The notes under the pieces were generated by a model that had not been told where the DNA came from, did not search any database, and was given only the letters and a program-made list of their open reading frames with translations. DNA of 63,192 nucleotides, filler included, from Bipalium vagum (taxonomy: Eukaryota), in NCBI GenBank assembly GCA_037834085.1. It is 3 parts of 3 records of this genome, joined end to end, with 100 filler letters (N's around TTAATTAATTAA, not from the genome) between each part and the next. Parts side by side here need not be neighbours in the genome. Positions count along the whole stretch, not along the records: positions 24,249 to 46,724 come from JBBMKC010221018.1; 2 more parts are not named here. The stretch is one strand, 5' to 3'. Positions 24,249-38,049 of the stretch are shown piece after piece. Numbering within the stretch: position 1 is the first letter of the stretch; the number at the start of each line of letters is the position of its first letter. The translations under genes and the position numbers were made by a program.

Positions 24249-24449
24249 TATAAAATTGAAAATTAAATTAAAATTTATGGAATTAGTTACTAATTATTAG
24301 TAGGTTTTCAATATTACTTTGATTACTTTAAAATTAACATTAACATTGTTCAATTTAATTTTTGACCATTTTAAAGTTTAATTTGAATTTATTTTATATT
24401 TTCAAAAAATGTTCCGCGACCCCAACGAAACCCGTCGCGACCCCAAATG

Positions 24450-25405
24450 GGTATGAATATATCAAAACTTATTAGTTATCAAGCAAATTTTAAGACATAG
24501 ATGGCAACTCTGGAATTTAATAATTGGGTTATAAATTTTAATAGTGATATGATAATTCAAAAGAGAAAAGCTATCTTAATTTTGGATAATGCACCTTGCC
24601 ATAAGAATTTCATATTATCCAATGTACAGTTATTATTCCTGCCAAAGAATTCAACTGCAACTTTACAACCTCTTGATGCTGGAATAATTCGAGTATTCAA
24701 ATGTTATTATAAAAAGTTTTTGAGAAAACTACTGGACATACAAGAACTTCATGATAAAATGATGTGAGTCTTTCAGATTTTATATACATATAGATAATAC
24801 AGAAATCATGGAACGATATTCGTACTTGTAAATTGTTGGAATCGTGCTAGATTAATCACCCTTGAAACCTCCTTGCCTAAATCTGACATTGATTTAGTAT
24901 TGCAAGATATTCAGATTTTATCGATAAAATCAACTTAGAATCTCCATTATCAGTCGATGAATATGTCTGCCTTGATGATAATATTGACATTTGAGAAGAG
25001 CTGTATACGGAAGAGATTGTTGGAATTGTTAAATCAACGAATAATTTATATTCAGATGAAGAAGAATCTGTCAATGAACTAGTGAATATTCTTTGTTCAA
25101 ATAATGCATCAGCTGATGAAAATTTCAAACTATTTTATGAAGTTTGAAGAAAACACCAAATTACTTTGCAGCGACCCTGAAACAAAGAACATTGATTGAA
25201 TACTTTAAATAAAATATTACATTTGGAACGTGACCTCAGTTTTTTTTAACTAATAATAACTATTAAATAACTTTAAAATGTCATAACAATATTTTAGTTA
25301 TTACGTTATTACACAATCTACAATCCCCGCTGTTAAGGGCACCCGGGCATAAGAGACATTTTAACGCTGTACGAACCTGTTCCTTATAACGGGGTTTAGC
25401 TGTAT
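24450..25405 (+). mobile_element. pogo/Tigger-family transposase remnant (DDE_1) with 3' TIR
   Basis: ILILDNAPCH..VQLLFLPKNSTATLQPLDAGIIRVFKCYYKK; end sequence CCTTATAACGGGGTTTAGCTGTA. Confidence 0.88.
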
Positions 25406-25506
25406 AAGATTTTTAAGTATTTTGATAATTTTAATTTTCTAGAATAAAAATTCGAGAAAATTATTTTTAAATTAATTATTAGCGTGAGATCAATTGAAAA
25501 TTAGTC

Positions 25507-25576
25507 GGGAGATGTAGCTTAGTTGTCAGAGCAGTCTATGCGCAGGTGAACGGGATTTGAACCCAGTATATCCGAT
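25507..25576 (+). mobile_element. tRNA-Ala-like SINE head or tRNA pseudogene
   Basis: GGAGATGTAGCTTAGTTGTCAGAGC (A box) ... GGGATTTGAACCC (decayed B box) ... TATATCC. A second partial copy lies at about 18977-19010. Confidence 0.6.
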
Positions 25577-26258
25577 TAATTTTCAACTAAAAATTAGTTA
25601 TCACTATTTTTACCTCAATTATTTATCCTTAAAAATCTGTTACTTTGACATTTATTGTAAGACTCAAAATGTGAGAAATCTATTTTCTTTATTATTATAT
25701 AATATCTCTATATAGATTTCATTTACCAAATTCTTTTGACGTCAAAATTTTTTCCGTTTGAGTTCAAATTACCATCATTATCGAAAGTCCTTCCTTGAAA
25801 CTAATTTTGCCTTAGAGCTCAGTTTACTTGACCTGATCCAATAGATGAACCTGGTATTGTATTTGCTTCATTTAATGTAGTCTAAATAAGTCTAATGGAA
25901 TCTAAAATAAGTCAACTCTCTTCAAATTTCACAAAGGGGAGTATATAACTCGACCTAATCATATTATTTCAGATTACGGATCCTGGTCTCGCGATTTGGT
26001 TTTAGGCTATTGACACTGAGAAGCTTAGATAAATGAGATGTTTTAATATGTTTATTCAGTTACTTTCTGACAATATTTTGATAAATATTCAATTATATTT
26101 TTTGCACATTATTAAAATAAAATGATTTCTTAAATTAATAATAATATTATGCTACCATTAACGATTTTCTTCATAATTTATTAAAAAAAAACTAAACCTC
26201 TTTATAAAAAAGAAATTTAACGTGCCTAATCTAATATATGTATATCTTTTAATTTCAG

Positions 26259-29200
26259 CATATCCACACTCAATTGCCAATTGTTCATTGTCTAGTAAAA
26301 GTCAAATACCGTCAGAATCTAAGTGTACATCTATTCCTACAGGTTATCAAAATATTGTTTTAAAAAAACTTAATAAAAATAATATATTATATAGGATGTC
26401 TAAAAAATAAGTGTCCGATTTTGTAGCTCTGCAATATATATCATAATTGAATACAGAAAATGAAATAATTTAATTGGAAAATCTGTGGGGGATAGAGAAG
26501 AAAATTAAATTTAAAGACTTACAAACAAATTGGAGATAATTTAAAGTGTAGAACAATGAATTGCATCCCTTCTGATTTATGAAAAAAGATGTTTTCTATG
26601 TCCAATATGCTAAGAGAACTTAAACTAAAAAGTACAGACGGATAAAATATTAAGTATTTGTTCCAGTTTGTGCATTTTTTCAAATTTGCCCCATTTAAGG
26701 AAAAGTAAAATTGTTTTTCTGGTAGCTAAGACGAAATCAGTCACATTAGTCATACGACATGTAGAGGGCTTGAAATTGAGAGAGATACAGTGAGGATAAT
26801 TTTTAAAAAATCAAAGAGACTAGGACTGTTGTTGATCTTTGAAAGTTGGGAATACCATCAATAGAAGATAAAAAATTTGCAAAATAAATCCGGTTTACGA
26901 AGAAACACCTACGACATCATTAAGAATTGCTGCTAAGGATTTTGGATACAGTTTTAAAGCTGTACATATTGTAATACGAAAAGATCTTCAACTTTATCTA
27001 GAGAAGATTCAAATCATCCCTAAGATACATGAATTGCAACTTGCAAAAGCCTACATAATGACATCGACAGTAATCCCTCTTTTCTTCCAATCTAATACCA
27101 TTTGATTTCTTTCTCTAGGTAGACCTAAAAACCAAGGTATATAGAAGAAAACCTGAAAGATATTTTTCAAATGGGACAACTCGAATATCACCAGAAATCT
27201 GTGAAATGTTATGAATCCCCTTAACAATCGTTGACATAAATTTATTAAAGTTACTGATCATTGACTGTAAAAATATTAAATTTTAATAAATAAAAGTTCC
27301 TTTATCAAAATTTGTAGTCTTAAGGTTGAATATATCTTGAGCATATTATAAAATCGGATACTTACTTTATACGTACTCCATTTTGATATTTTTACAAATG
27401 ATTTTAATTGTTTTGAAATTTAAATAAAATTTTCGAAAAAATATTTGCGAATCCAATTTCGGTAAATTAAGATTAGAAAGACAGCACTGAAATAAAAACT
27501 ATTAATTTAAAACAAAAATCTTCTTAAGAAAATATATATTAATAAAATAAGTTTAGAAAACAAAAATAAATGAGACTTCTCGTAAATATTTTTTAAAAAT
27601 CTGTAGAATGAAAAATGATAACAATTATTCTTTTATTAAATTTTCTTTTAATAATATAGGGGACCCAAAAAATCATTTTAAAAATTAAATTTATTTTAGA
27701 AATGATATAGCATTTAATGACCAATTTTCATTCCAAATAGTGACCATAACAAAACATAAAAGAAGTGATATTCTTGAATACTTGAGGGTTAGCGTTGTCC
27801 AGCATAATTCTGAAGTTTCCAGGTTTTGTAGGAACTCAATGTGACGGTCAGTATTATTTGATGAGTATCATGGCTCGTAATGCTTTGCTAGTATTCATTT
27901 ATTAAATATAAAATATATTTCATAGTATAAAATGTTTCACACAAAATATAAAGGAGTGATTAGAAACGCTATTTTTGGGTCCACCTATGTGATATATTCT
28001 CAATCAGATTTTCTAATGAAAATATTTCTATATTATTCACCCTGTGAGCGCTGCAATAGCGAAAACCATTTTATGTCTTATGACCTGTCTGAAAGTATAA
28101 AAATGTTATAAACATCAAAAATGTATTACAAAACGCATTTGGTTAATTTCCAAACAAAAATAAAGAAATGGAAGACATGGGATGGTTTCTGAATTGAACT
28201 TAAACATCATATGATAATTTTTGTCCTTTTTAATGTTTATGGGAAGAAAGTTTTAGTTTCCAAAATGCGAATAATAAATCTCATCATATATTTTATATTA
28301 ACATTAAATAATCCATCCCAAAAGAACTTTTTTCAATAATAATAAATAATAAATTATAAATTATAAATTATAAATTATAAATGAATATATATATTTGCTT
28401 ATGGTGATTAAAGTATTAAAATTTTAAGTAATACTTTATATTTCAATTTATTTAACATTCAATTCAGGTCCAGAGGGCTGTAACCTCTTTATTTATCATT
28501 TGCCACAAGAGATTGGAGATTTGCAACTATATCAAATTTTTATGCATTTTGGTAACATCATAAGTTCCAAGGTTTATGTTGACAGAGCTACTAATCAAAG
28601 CAAATGTTTTGGTTTATTTTGTTTATTTTATTTAATCAAAACTATGCAATGTTTCATATTAAATTTTAAATTTAGAATATGAGAAAGATATTTTAAGCTA
28701 TTGTATATGTGTGATCATGTTCATAAGTGTTAAAAGGTAAAATTATTACGAAAAACTGAGAAAAAATTACATATTTACATTTATATATATACTTTGTACC
28801 TACTTTACTTTTTTTACAGATTTCTAACATTAGTAATTTATGTATCCTCATCTTTGGATGCTCATTCATTGATCCGTATCTGATTCCATTAAATTGTTGC
28901 ATTCTTCGTTTGTAAGTTGATTCCAATATTCACTGAAACGTTGACGAAGTTAATGGTGAATGATCATAAAAAAATATGATTTGACTCAAGATTTCCCTTA
29001 TATGCTCTGTGAGGCTTAAATCTGAAGATCATGGAATAATTCCGATTTCTTTTAGGGAATTTTTTGAGACAAATATGATTTGTGCCCTCGCATTATCTGG
29101 AATAAATATTATGTTTGGTGTAATGTGTAAAGAGAAAAAATGTCAACATTAACAATCTCTGCACTGTAAAACTCTGAATTCAGAATTCTATCAATAAAAA

Positions 29201-32200
29201 TCGATGTTAATTTGAAGTCAAACCCAATAAAATATTAAACTATCACTATCTTCATCATACCGATCATGCTTCGCAATTCACTTCATCTGTCCAAAATCTG
29301 ACAATCATCCGGACCATTATATCACTAAAGTCCCGTCCAAACGCGAATCTACAAAATAGAAAATTGTATTCCAATATACTTATCCTTCATCCTTGCGCTC
29401 TTTGAACGCCATTAACTGAGCACGTCGGTGAAAAGGTAATATGAGAATTATAATCAATGGTAGAATAGAGCTAAATTGAAGAGTACACTTATGAAATACG
29501 TTTATTATACAAGTATTGTACTAGGTCTTTTAACAGTAAAACCGGCATGTAGAATTTGATATGGAACATATCGATTTTTTTGCGCATTTGATTAAAATCC
29601 ACTCATCTCTATCTTTAGTCTCACTGGGTCTGGTCAGTATGGAATGATTGTCACATGAATTTGTGACTTGCTATTTATTCCATACATACTGGAAATCACA
29701 TTTAAATGTCCAAAAGTATCCAAAATAATCCACCTAATAAACTGATAATGTGACAGTCACAGTTCACTTCTTGAGTTCTTAGTCATTTTTATTGTTTTGG
29801 AATGGATATATTAAAACTCAATTAAGCATGTATATTACATTTAATAATAAAAAGTGTTTTTTCTTTATTTTTTGTAATAAAGATTACCTGCTAAGCTCTT
29901 ATGAACATAAATATATTTACATTTGCTTATTTTGTTTTCTATAAATTCACGTCATATTGGTTTTTAAGTAATTGTTGTCACTTTTAATATTTAGATTAAC
30001 TAAAAATTGTAATTTATTATTTTTCAGATTATTTTTCACAAAAAGAAAAACTTTAAACGAAAAAAAATTAAAAATATATTGTTTTTTATAATATCACCCC
30101 ATTCACAAAGTAATTTCATAACGTCCTCGTCATAAAAATCTACTGGCAAATCAAATCGAAACAATACACATCTTTTGATATTATGTTACACCAGATCGCA
30201 CCATTTCAAAATGCATGATACTCCCAGCGGGTCATCAAACATTTAACATTATTCTTTCTTTCACGAATATTCTATTTTTAATGATTTAGAAAAAAATTTT
30301 TACGCCTGAAGTTGTTGTATTTATTTATCGTTATCATACTATTCAGGAAGTCTTTATTTTCTTATTAGGAAATGAGTATTTTTTACATTAAAACTAGCTT
30401 TTCTTTTATTGGTAAGTTCGAGAGGCGTTCTTATTTTACTGTTTTATATATCTTTAAATGTCGGAGAATTGTTTCTTCATGGAATCGGGACTCATTTCAA
30501 CCAATGTCAGTCAGTATTCTCAACCGACTACAGTTCTATTTAGGATCGACTGATTATTCAAAATTTGCAGCACTTTGAATTGCAAAAAAACGATCTCTGA
30601 CAATTTCTGAAATAAACAGGTTTCGAATAGAATAGATTAATTGATCTTGAGAATGACGACGTTTTACTATTTTGAAATTTCTAAATCATACAATGTCATA
30701 TGTGGTCTTCAATCGGCATCATGTTCTATGGATTTTATAAATATTCAAATTACTCAAAAATTTTAAGCATTAAACTTCATAATATCGCCAAAACCAGATT
30801 TTTTGATGTGTTTAAACAATTTTTTAATAAATTTACTGTTAATTATTAAAAAAGAACTATATTATTTGTTTGTCGACCTAATTATTTTTTTTATAATGAT
30901 AATAAAAATATTTACACAAATTAATTTTCCACTGAATAATTAACAGATTTAATTAACTTAATGAAATGATTTTTAATTGTGAAAACGTGTCATTTTTGTT
31001 AAAATTGTTTTTATTTTACAGTAGTAATATTTTTTAATAAAAACGATTTAGTCATTGTTAAATAACCTAATTCACATATTTTAATCATTATAAAATAATT
31101 TTTAAAAAAGTAATTATATTTTACTTTTAATAAAGATTATATTTTACTTTTAATAAAGATTATATTTTTAATAATATTTAGAGCTGAAAAAGATAATAAT
31201 AATTTTTACAATATTTTTAATATTATTGGACCAATGTTATATAATTTAATTTTTATATTATTAGTAAATCTTATCAAATTTGTAATATTAATTAAATTAT
31301 ATATTATCAAGGCTTTGTAAGCTATGAGGATCCATCATGTGCCAATGCCGCCATTAAGTCCATGAATGGATATCATATTGGAACTAAAAGATTAAAAGTT
31401 CAGCTGAAAAAACCCAAAGGTAACATAATTATGTTCAATGTATTGTTTAATAAACAATATATATTATACAAATTATTTTTTATTATATATAAAGAATATA
31501 TAATATATAATATATAAAGAATAACATTTAAATAATAAAAAGTAATATATATCTAAAATATATCTTATAAGCTATTTTTAAATTAATTTTTAAAATCTTT
31601 TTTTCTTTGCACGAAAAATTATAATTAATACTTTTGAAAAAAAAATAAAACTAGAAAATTATCTAGAAAGCGCTGTTGATGGACAAAAAGGGGGTCAGGT
31701 TTCTGCAGCTGTTGCAAATATCAAACAAGTATTTTGGTTTAACAGTGCATGAAAGTCGATTTTGATTTACACTTCCTAGAAAATGTTGTGATCAATAATT
31801 TATATTTTAATATGTATATTTGTTGTGTCTTTTATGAACAGATTAATTAAATAACATGATCTAATTAACAACCGAACTCGATATTATATATATTATTTTA
31901 TTTTATTATATAAACTTAATCTTAAAAGATAGTTTATATTTTTTATGAACAATAAACATTTTAAAAATATAATATTCATTATAGGGAGTTGCTCGAACAA
32001 TTTGTTTAGATGAATTTTTTAGATAGGATTTCACACCTAAATTAACAATTAGTTAATGTTTATAATTTAAAGTTCTATTAGATATTTGTAGTTAATTTTG
32101 TAATATAAAAATTTTAAATAGAAAAGGCATTATAAATGTTGATAATTTTTTGAAAAATAATTTAGTCAATGAAGGTCCATTTTAAAAAAAGGTTTTTTTT

Positions 32201-33590
32201 AAATAATCGAAATTACGAAAATACATTTTTTTGCTTTGGATAGTGAAAAATTATAATATATATTTTAATCTTTTGAACAAAATCAATTTATTTTTCAAAT
32301 AATCGTGTTTTATCAATTTAAAATCAAACATGTTTCGAACTTTCCACCAGTCAGTCATTTGGTATTATGATAATGTCCTTTTTAATTAAAATATTATTCT
32401 AAATTATGATCAGTTTAAAAATTTTTTATTTTCAATGTTTTCAGAATACACACTGACAACCCAGTGCTTTTTACATTTTTAAGTTTGAATGTTAATCTCT
32501 GATTGTTGTTCTTTTATTAATGTTCTTCTTCTGTTGATATCTTGAAATGTCGCAATACTTTTGAAAATATCCGTGTTTGTAAGATCAATATCATTTTCAT
32601 TCTCGAATATTAAAACACATCAATAAATTTTGAGGCTTAATTGTTTACTTCAGTGATATTTTTCGATTTTCATTCCAAGTTATTTATGAATACTGATGAC
32701 AGTCTTGGACCCCATTAGTAATCCATTTGTTTGTTTATGTCACTCACTATTAAATATAAAAGATTACTTTGTACTAGATTCTTGTAACTGCCGCAGAGTT
32801 ATATTATCCATGATTATTTTAATTCAATTCTTCTTCAACAAATCAATGAATAGATACAAAAGATTTACAAAATCAAAAAAACTTAAAAATTGGTCAGACA
32901 TTACATAGAAATCTATGTTAAGATCACCTTTGATTTCATACAAGAATTTGTTTCTTAGTATCTTTAAAAAGAAAATAATTCTAAACTAAGAAAATTCAGT
33001 TTAAGATGAATTGATTGAAGCAGACTTTGAATATTGAAGACATTTTTTCTTTTTTAATAGAAAAAGAGTAATATGTTTCATAATTTTGTTCTTTAGACTG
33101 TAAAGAGTTACCTAAAAGTTATTATTAAGGGTTTGCCACCACAGATCTTTTTCATTGAATATCAGTAGCACAGATAGCCATTTATTCCAAATATTATATT
33201 TAGAATTTATGGAACAGATATTCAGATACCGTAAAATAATTTTGCAGAGAAACAAAGTTTTCTTTCAATATCACATCAAACTGATACTTGGAAAATCGCT
33301 GCAGTCGGTAATTCTCAATAGGAATTATTTTTAAAAATATTGATTTCATTTTATAAACACAAAATGTATATGTAAAAAAGCTGAGTGCTATTTGTCCCCT
33401 CCATATTTATGTCATAATTCAGGATTATATTTTATTAATTTTATTTAAAACCTTCACAATTTTCAGATTCTCAAAGTAATATTATCATTTTGACTATTAC
33501 TTAATAAATATCAATAATAAATTGAGATAATATTTTATTTCAGATCTGTGTCGCCCATATAAATTGACGAAAATTAACAGCCCAAAATGA
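26259..33590 (+). CDS. CELF3-6/Bruno-3/UNC-75-like RNA-binding protein, 3' part (linker plus RRM3); 5' exons not found
   Basis: Exons 26259-26342, 28468-28611 ([34 protein letters not shown]), 31312-31419 ([31 protein letters not shown]) and 33544-33590 (DLCRPY..). Splice phases are compatible. Confidence 0.9.
26390..27382 (+). mobile_element. Degenerate Tc1/mariner-superfamily element in a CELF intron
   Basis: TIR pair AAATAAGTGTCCGATTTT (about 26405) / AAAATCGGATACTTA (about 27350); internal [11 protein letters not shown]....AA..G.S HTH remnants. Confidence 0.65.
27656..27988. mobile_element. MITE, about 330 bp
   Basis: TIRs ATAGGGGACCCAAAAAAT / ATTTTTGGGTCCACCTAT. Confidence 0.65.
28880..29800 (-). 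mobile_element. Decayed Tc1-like transposase
   Basis: Minus-strand remnants WTDE, DNARAQ and [11 protein letters not shown] (SPDLNPIE-like). Confidence 0.55.
30090..30790 (-). mobile_element. Decayed mariner remnant
   Basis: Minus strand has VPIP*RNNSPT (WVPHEL-like), HFEMVRSG (WDQxG-like) and DFYDED (mariner C-terminal-like). Heavily degraded. Confidence 0.4.
32320..33300 (-). mobile_element. Diverged Penelope-like remnant in the last CELF intron
   Basis: Reverse complement of 32450-32520 aligns with 11478-11555 (LIKE.Q.EINIQT..W.V.V.S). Eroded hammerhead ATGACTGA..AGTTCGAAACATGTTT at 32327-32359. Confidence 0.7.
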
Positions 33591-33954
33591 TTGTTCACTT
33601 ATTCTAAAATATGAATTGAAAACCAATGATTTTTATGAATGTTTTTAGGTGCTTATTTAAACAAAAATATTAAATAATTGGTTACGGAAATTATTTGATA
33701 AAATTTATCAACAAGCATTTATTTTATTTTATTTTATTTACGCTTATTAATGTGAAGGAATCTAATATCTGAATTAAATCTTGAAATTGTCTTAACCTTT
33801 TTTCATTATATTGTTTCTCGATTTCTAGAAATTTTAAATTTTTTGAAAAAAAACTTAAATAATAATTTTTAAAAGTCTTTGTTGAAATACATTTTACAAA
33901 TGACCCTGTCCATAATAACATGTTCATGTTCATATTCATTATCCATAATCACAT

Positions 33955-34092
33955 TCATCATTTATAATCATAATCATAATCATAATCATAACCATAATAA
34001 TAATCATATTCATATTCATATCCATATTCATATCCATATTCATATTCATATTCATATTGATGTTCATATTCATATTCATATTCATATTCATA
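33955..34092. repeat. Compound hexanucleotide microsatellite (CATAAT)n/(CATATT)n
   Basis: Directly visible; accounts for the spurious HN/HI-repeat ORF. Confidence 0.92.
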
Positions 34093-34869
34093 AAAACATA
34101 TTTAAAGTAGGTCTTTATTCGAAAATGAAAATTCTAAGTAATAAGGACTCAATTTATGGGACAAAAATACAGCTATAACCATTACATATTCTTAGATTGA
34201 AATTAAAACAAATTAAAATATTTTTTTAAAAATGTCACCATAAATGAGTTTAATTATGAATTTAGAAAATATCATACACTTTTATAACAATGACAGTAGC
34301 TAAAATATTGAACGGTTATATTTACCTCAGATGTTTGCTTAAGTTCAAAAAAACATTTTAAACAATTGAAAAAAAAACAGTTTATTTATTTACTTTAAAA
34401 ACTTTTTACTGAGCATATTTATATGGTTATTTTAATGATCATTATTTCATTGTTATAACTTTTAATAATAACTTTTCATTTATAACTATTTTATTTTATT
34501 TATTATTTCTCATTATTAATTATAAATTAATTTATTTTTTACTTTATATTTATTATTTTTCATTCTTAACTATTTAAAATTTTTATTTTATTTTAAATAT
34601 TTTTATTTAATCATTTAAAAATCTTCAAAAGTATTTCCATGTTTACCTTTTGTTATATTTTAAAATTTATTTCACAAATATTACAATAACATGTTTTTAT
34701 TATTTTTAAAATAAAAATACATTTCATAGAAATACATTTTTCTGTCATTAATTTGTTTTTTCATTATTACGTTATTCACAACTTCTTTCAATTTTGATTT
34801 TAAAATATTTACTTGTTTGATGATTATTGTCAATTTTTTCTAATTATTTTAATTATTTTTTAATTGGAT

Positions 34870-35520
34870 TACCAATAAAGAGTCGATTGATTATGTTTGA
34901 TTCAATTTTGAAATATTATAGTCTTAAATAATATATAAAACGAAGATTTCTGAAAAATCAAAACAATGATTCCAAAAGCAATGCAAGATAATATCGTGTA
35001 TTAATTCCAATGTCTTGAATGTGATCATCTATAAATAGGGGAGACATAACGTCACCTAAAGAGACAAATTAGTGAGCATTCTCAAAAAGTAGTACAAGTA
35101 AAGTGTTGGATCATATTGTTAGTTGCAAAGAAAGACAAGGAAATAAATATGCCAATGAAAATGAGTTTAGTGTAGTAATGAACACCTTTGATACTGATGA
35201 AGAAAGAAAATATGCAAATCATTAGTAATTAAAAATCTAAAACCAGAAATGAGTTCACAAAAATGAAGAAAGCAGGAATCAATGGATGAATAATGCTTAC
35301 TTTAATTAAAATTTTTTTAAATTTTTAAAAATATTAAAAATGGTATTTTTAAAATTTTTAGAATTAATTAAGGTTTTTTTTAGTTTTGTCCAATATTTTT
35401 GTAGACAAGTTTATTAAAATCATGACAGTGATATCATTGTAAAATAGACATTGAAGAAGAAATAAAATTAACTGAAGAAGATTTGAAAGAAGAGATCGAA
35501 AGATGTTGAAAGATAGTATT
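34870..35520 (+). mobile_element. Penelope-like 3' fragment (GIY-YIG plus eroded hammerhead)
   Basis: MQDNIVY*FQCLECDHL*IGET*RHLKRQISEHSQ; CTGAAGA-A-GATTT..AGATC-GAAAGATGTT at 35472-35507. Confidence 0.8.
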
Positions 35521-37676
35521 ATAAATAAAATTTTGTGTGTTCAAAACATTTTTTAAAAACCATATAGTTGAAAAATAAAAAATTATTGCTCACTAGATTA
35601 TATATATGGCAGTATTGGTAAAAATCAATCTTTTTAGTAAAAAAAATAACATAACTTTTTGGTCAAATAAAAATATTATAAACATTAATTATGTTTATTG
35701 TTATAACTATTATTATTATAATTTATTTCATCTTGTCTGTAACGTAATTAATATTAACTTCGATACAAATTTTATTTTTTCGAAAAGAATGAAATGGGAG
35801 GAAAATAATAAATATCTTTTCAGAATGTATAAAAAAATTAATATTAACACCGAAGTGCAAATATTGTGCGTGTAAGAAGGAGGATTTACTGCTAATTACT
35901 GATTTCACTAAAGAATTATGAACAATTTTATGAAATGTGAAAATTAATTGGGAAATGCTTCGGGAATCATTAGAAATTTCCTCACAGTTGACTTCTTCGT
36001 TTTGGCTGGTCAGCAGATTTAGGAAAAAGAAAATCATAAACAATCTTTGTTTTAATTAAAAAAATTTTGATCAAAATTCTAATTAACATAAAAATTAAAT
36101 ATTTTTTCAGACGACACAATCACAGCACTGTTGTTTTCGCTTCTATATTACATATGGAAACTGAACTGAATTTGAATCGATTTAGAAATAGAAATATATG
36201 GGAAAATAATTTTATATTTTTAATATTTAAAAATGAATATTTGCAGAAAAATTCAAGAAAGCTGAAGAAAATTAAAAATATTAGATAGACAAATGCAGAA
36301 AATATTGAAAATATTACAAAAATCAATAATTTTTAAAATTTTCTTTCAATATTAAGTGCATCATATTTCGAAATATACCGATAATATAATTATTTAGTGA
36401 ACAAGTTTCAAATGTTGAAGGATATATTTCCAAAAAAATTCAAAACAATTAAAATAAGTATATTAAATATTTTTAAAAAGAGATAAAAAATATGTTGCAT
36501 TTCTAAAGATATATTTTCACAGTGACATCAAAAAAATCACAAGATAGACAAAGATGTGAACAAATTAAAATTGAAATTAAAAACATTGATTGAAAGGTTT
36601 AGATAACGATTTAGCTAATAATAATTACTGATAATTAATAAATCAATAATAATAAAATATTTTGAAATGAATTTCAATTGGGTTAGGGTTTTATTGTACA
36701 ATTTTGTTCACTGTCTCGAGTACATTAAAGCTGAATAATAATGGGATTTTTTAGTACTAATTTGATTGACAGATATTTTTTATTCTTCAATTTATCAAAC
36801 TACACTCCGTTTTACATACATCGGGTTTTTTAATTAACAATAAAAAAGGTTTCATAAGTCAGTTTTATAGGAAATTCACAGCTTGGAAGTATTTACAATA
36901 AACTGTTTTAGATAAATCTGTCCCAGCTGTTGAATTCGCTTTTCCCCAATGAAAACCGTGGCATTTTTGTATGATTTTTAAGATGTTGTGTGATTTTATA
37001 TTATAAATGTTGTTATATTTCGTTACATAATGATAATTTTTATTTTATTAATTTACGAAGTCCAATATTTTCACAAGAATGAAACTTCCACGTTAAATGG
37101 GTTTTTGGAAGAAATTTGATATGGTTTTTTCAATATTATTAAGTACTAAATGTGTATAATACCTTACATAATAACACCTTGCAGATAACTAAAATTTAAT
37201 CCTTTAATTGTCCCATAAAAATGAAGCTTTTTGTTGAAAAGTGTCAACTGGTAATTTTTATTTTACTAGGCGAAATGCACAGGAAAAAAATCCATGGTTT
37301 TGACAGACATTAATGTAGCACTATTATTTAGCTATTATTTTTAGTTCCATTTTTATACCATTCTGCAGATCTTAAGTTGAAATCTTAGGTAGTTTCTCGT
37401 GAAGAGATTCTTTTTTTTCAAAGTTCCGTCCTCGGAGAGAATGTGACATTGAAAAATGAAAGTCTGAAACTGAGAAATCAAACAAGTATGATGAATATTG
37501 TAATAGTTCTATGGACACTCAAAAAGTCCCAAATATAACCATACAATTTTTTTGCCTTTAAAACAATTATTTTTGTGAGTTGAAATAAATATGTCCATGA
37601 TTATTTGCGTATTTATATATATTAATAATTTGCACATGTTAAAGAAAAATTCCAAAACATATAAACGATAAAAACA

Positions 37677-37711
<35 letters not shown>

Positions 37712-38049
37712 CAAAAATATATAAAATATGACAAAAATAATGTAGCAACTGAAAGTTACTAAAAATAGATTAGGAGTAAAAATAAAATACTAAAAATTAT
37801 TTTTAGTAAATTAATAAAAAATGTATATTAAATTATAAATATAATTAAGACAAATATTATTGGGTTGGAAACAAAGTTTCCTGACTAAACTTATGTATAA
37901 CAAAAAAATATTAAGTATTTATTGATTTCTATAAGTATGTAAGTTTATTTATAGATGTAAGCACACTCAGAGTTCAGTTGAAAAATTTATTAATTACAAT
38001 TTTGAAAACTGCCTTTTCACCAAGATCATTCAATTAAAATAATTTTTTC

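Noticed and set aside
33879-34178. His-rich ORF (HN/HI repeats) as a metal-binding protein
   Set aside because: It is only the translation of a hexanucleotide microsatellite.
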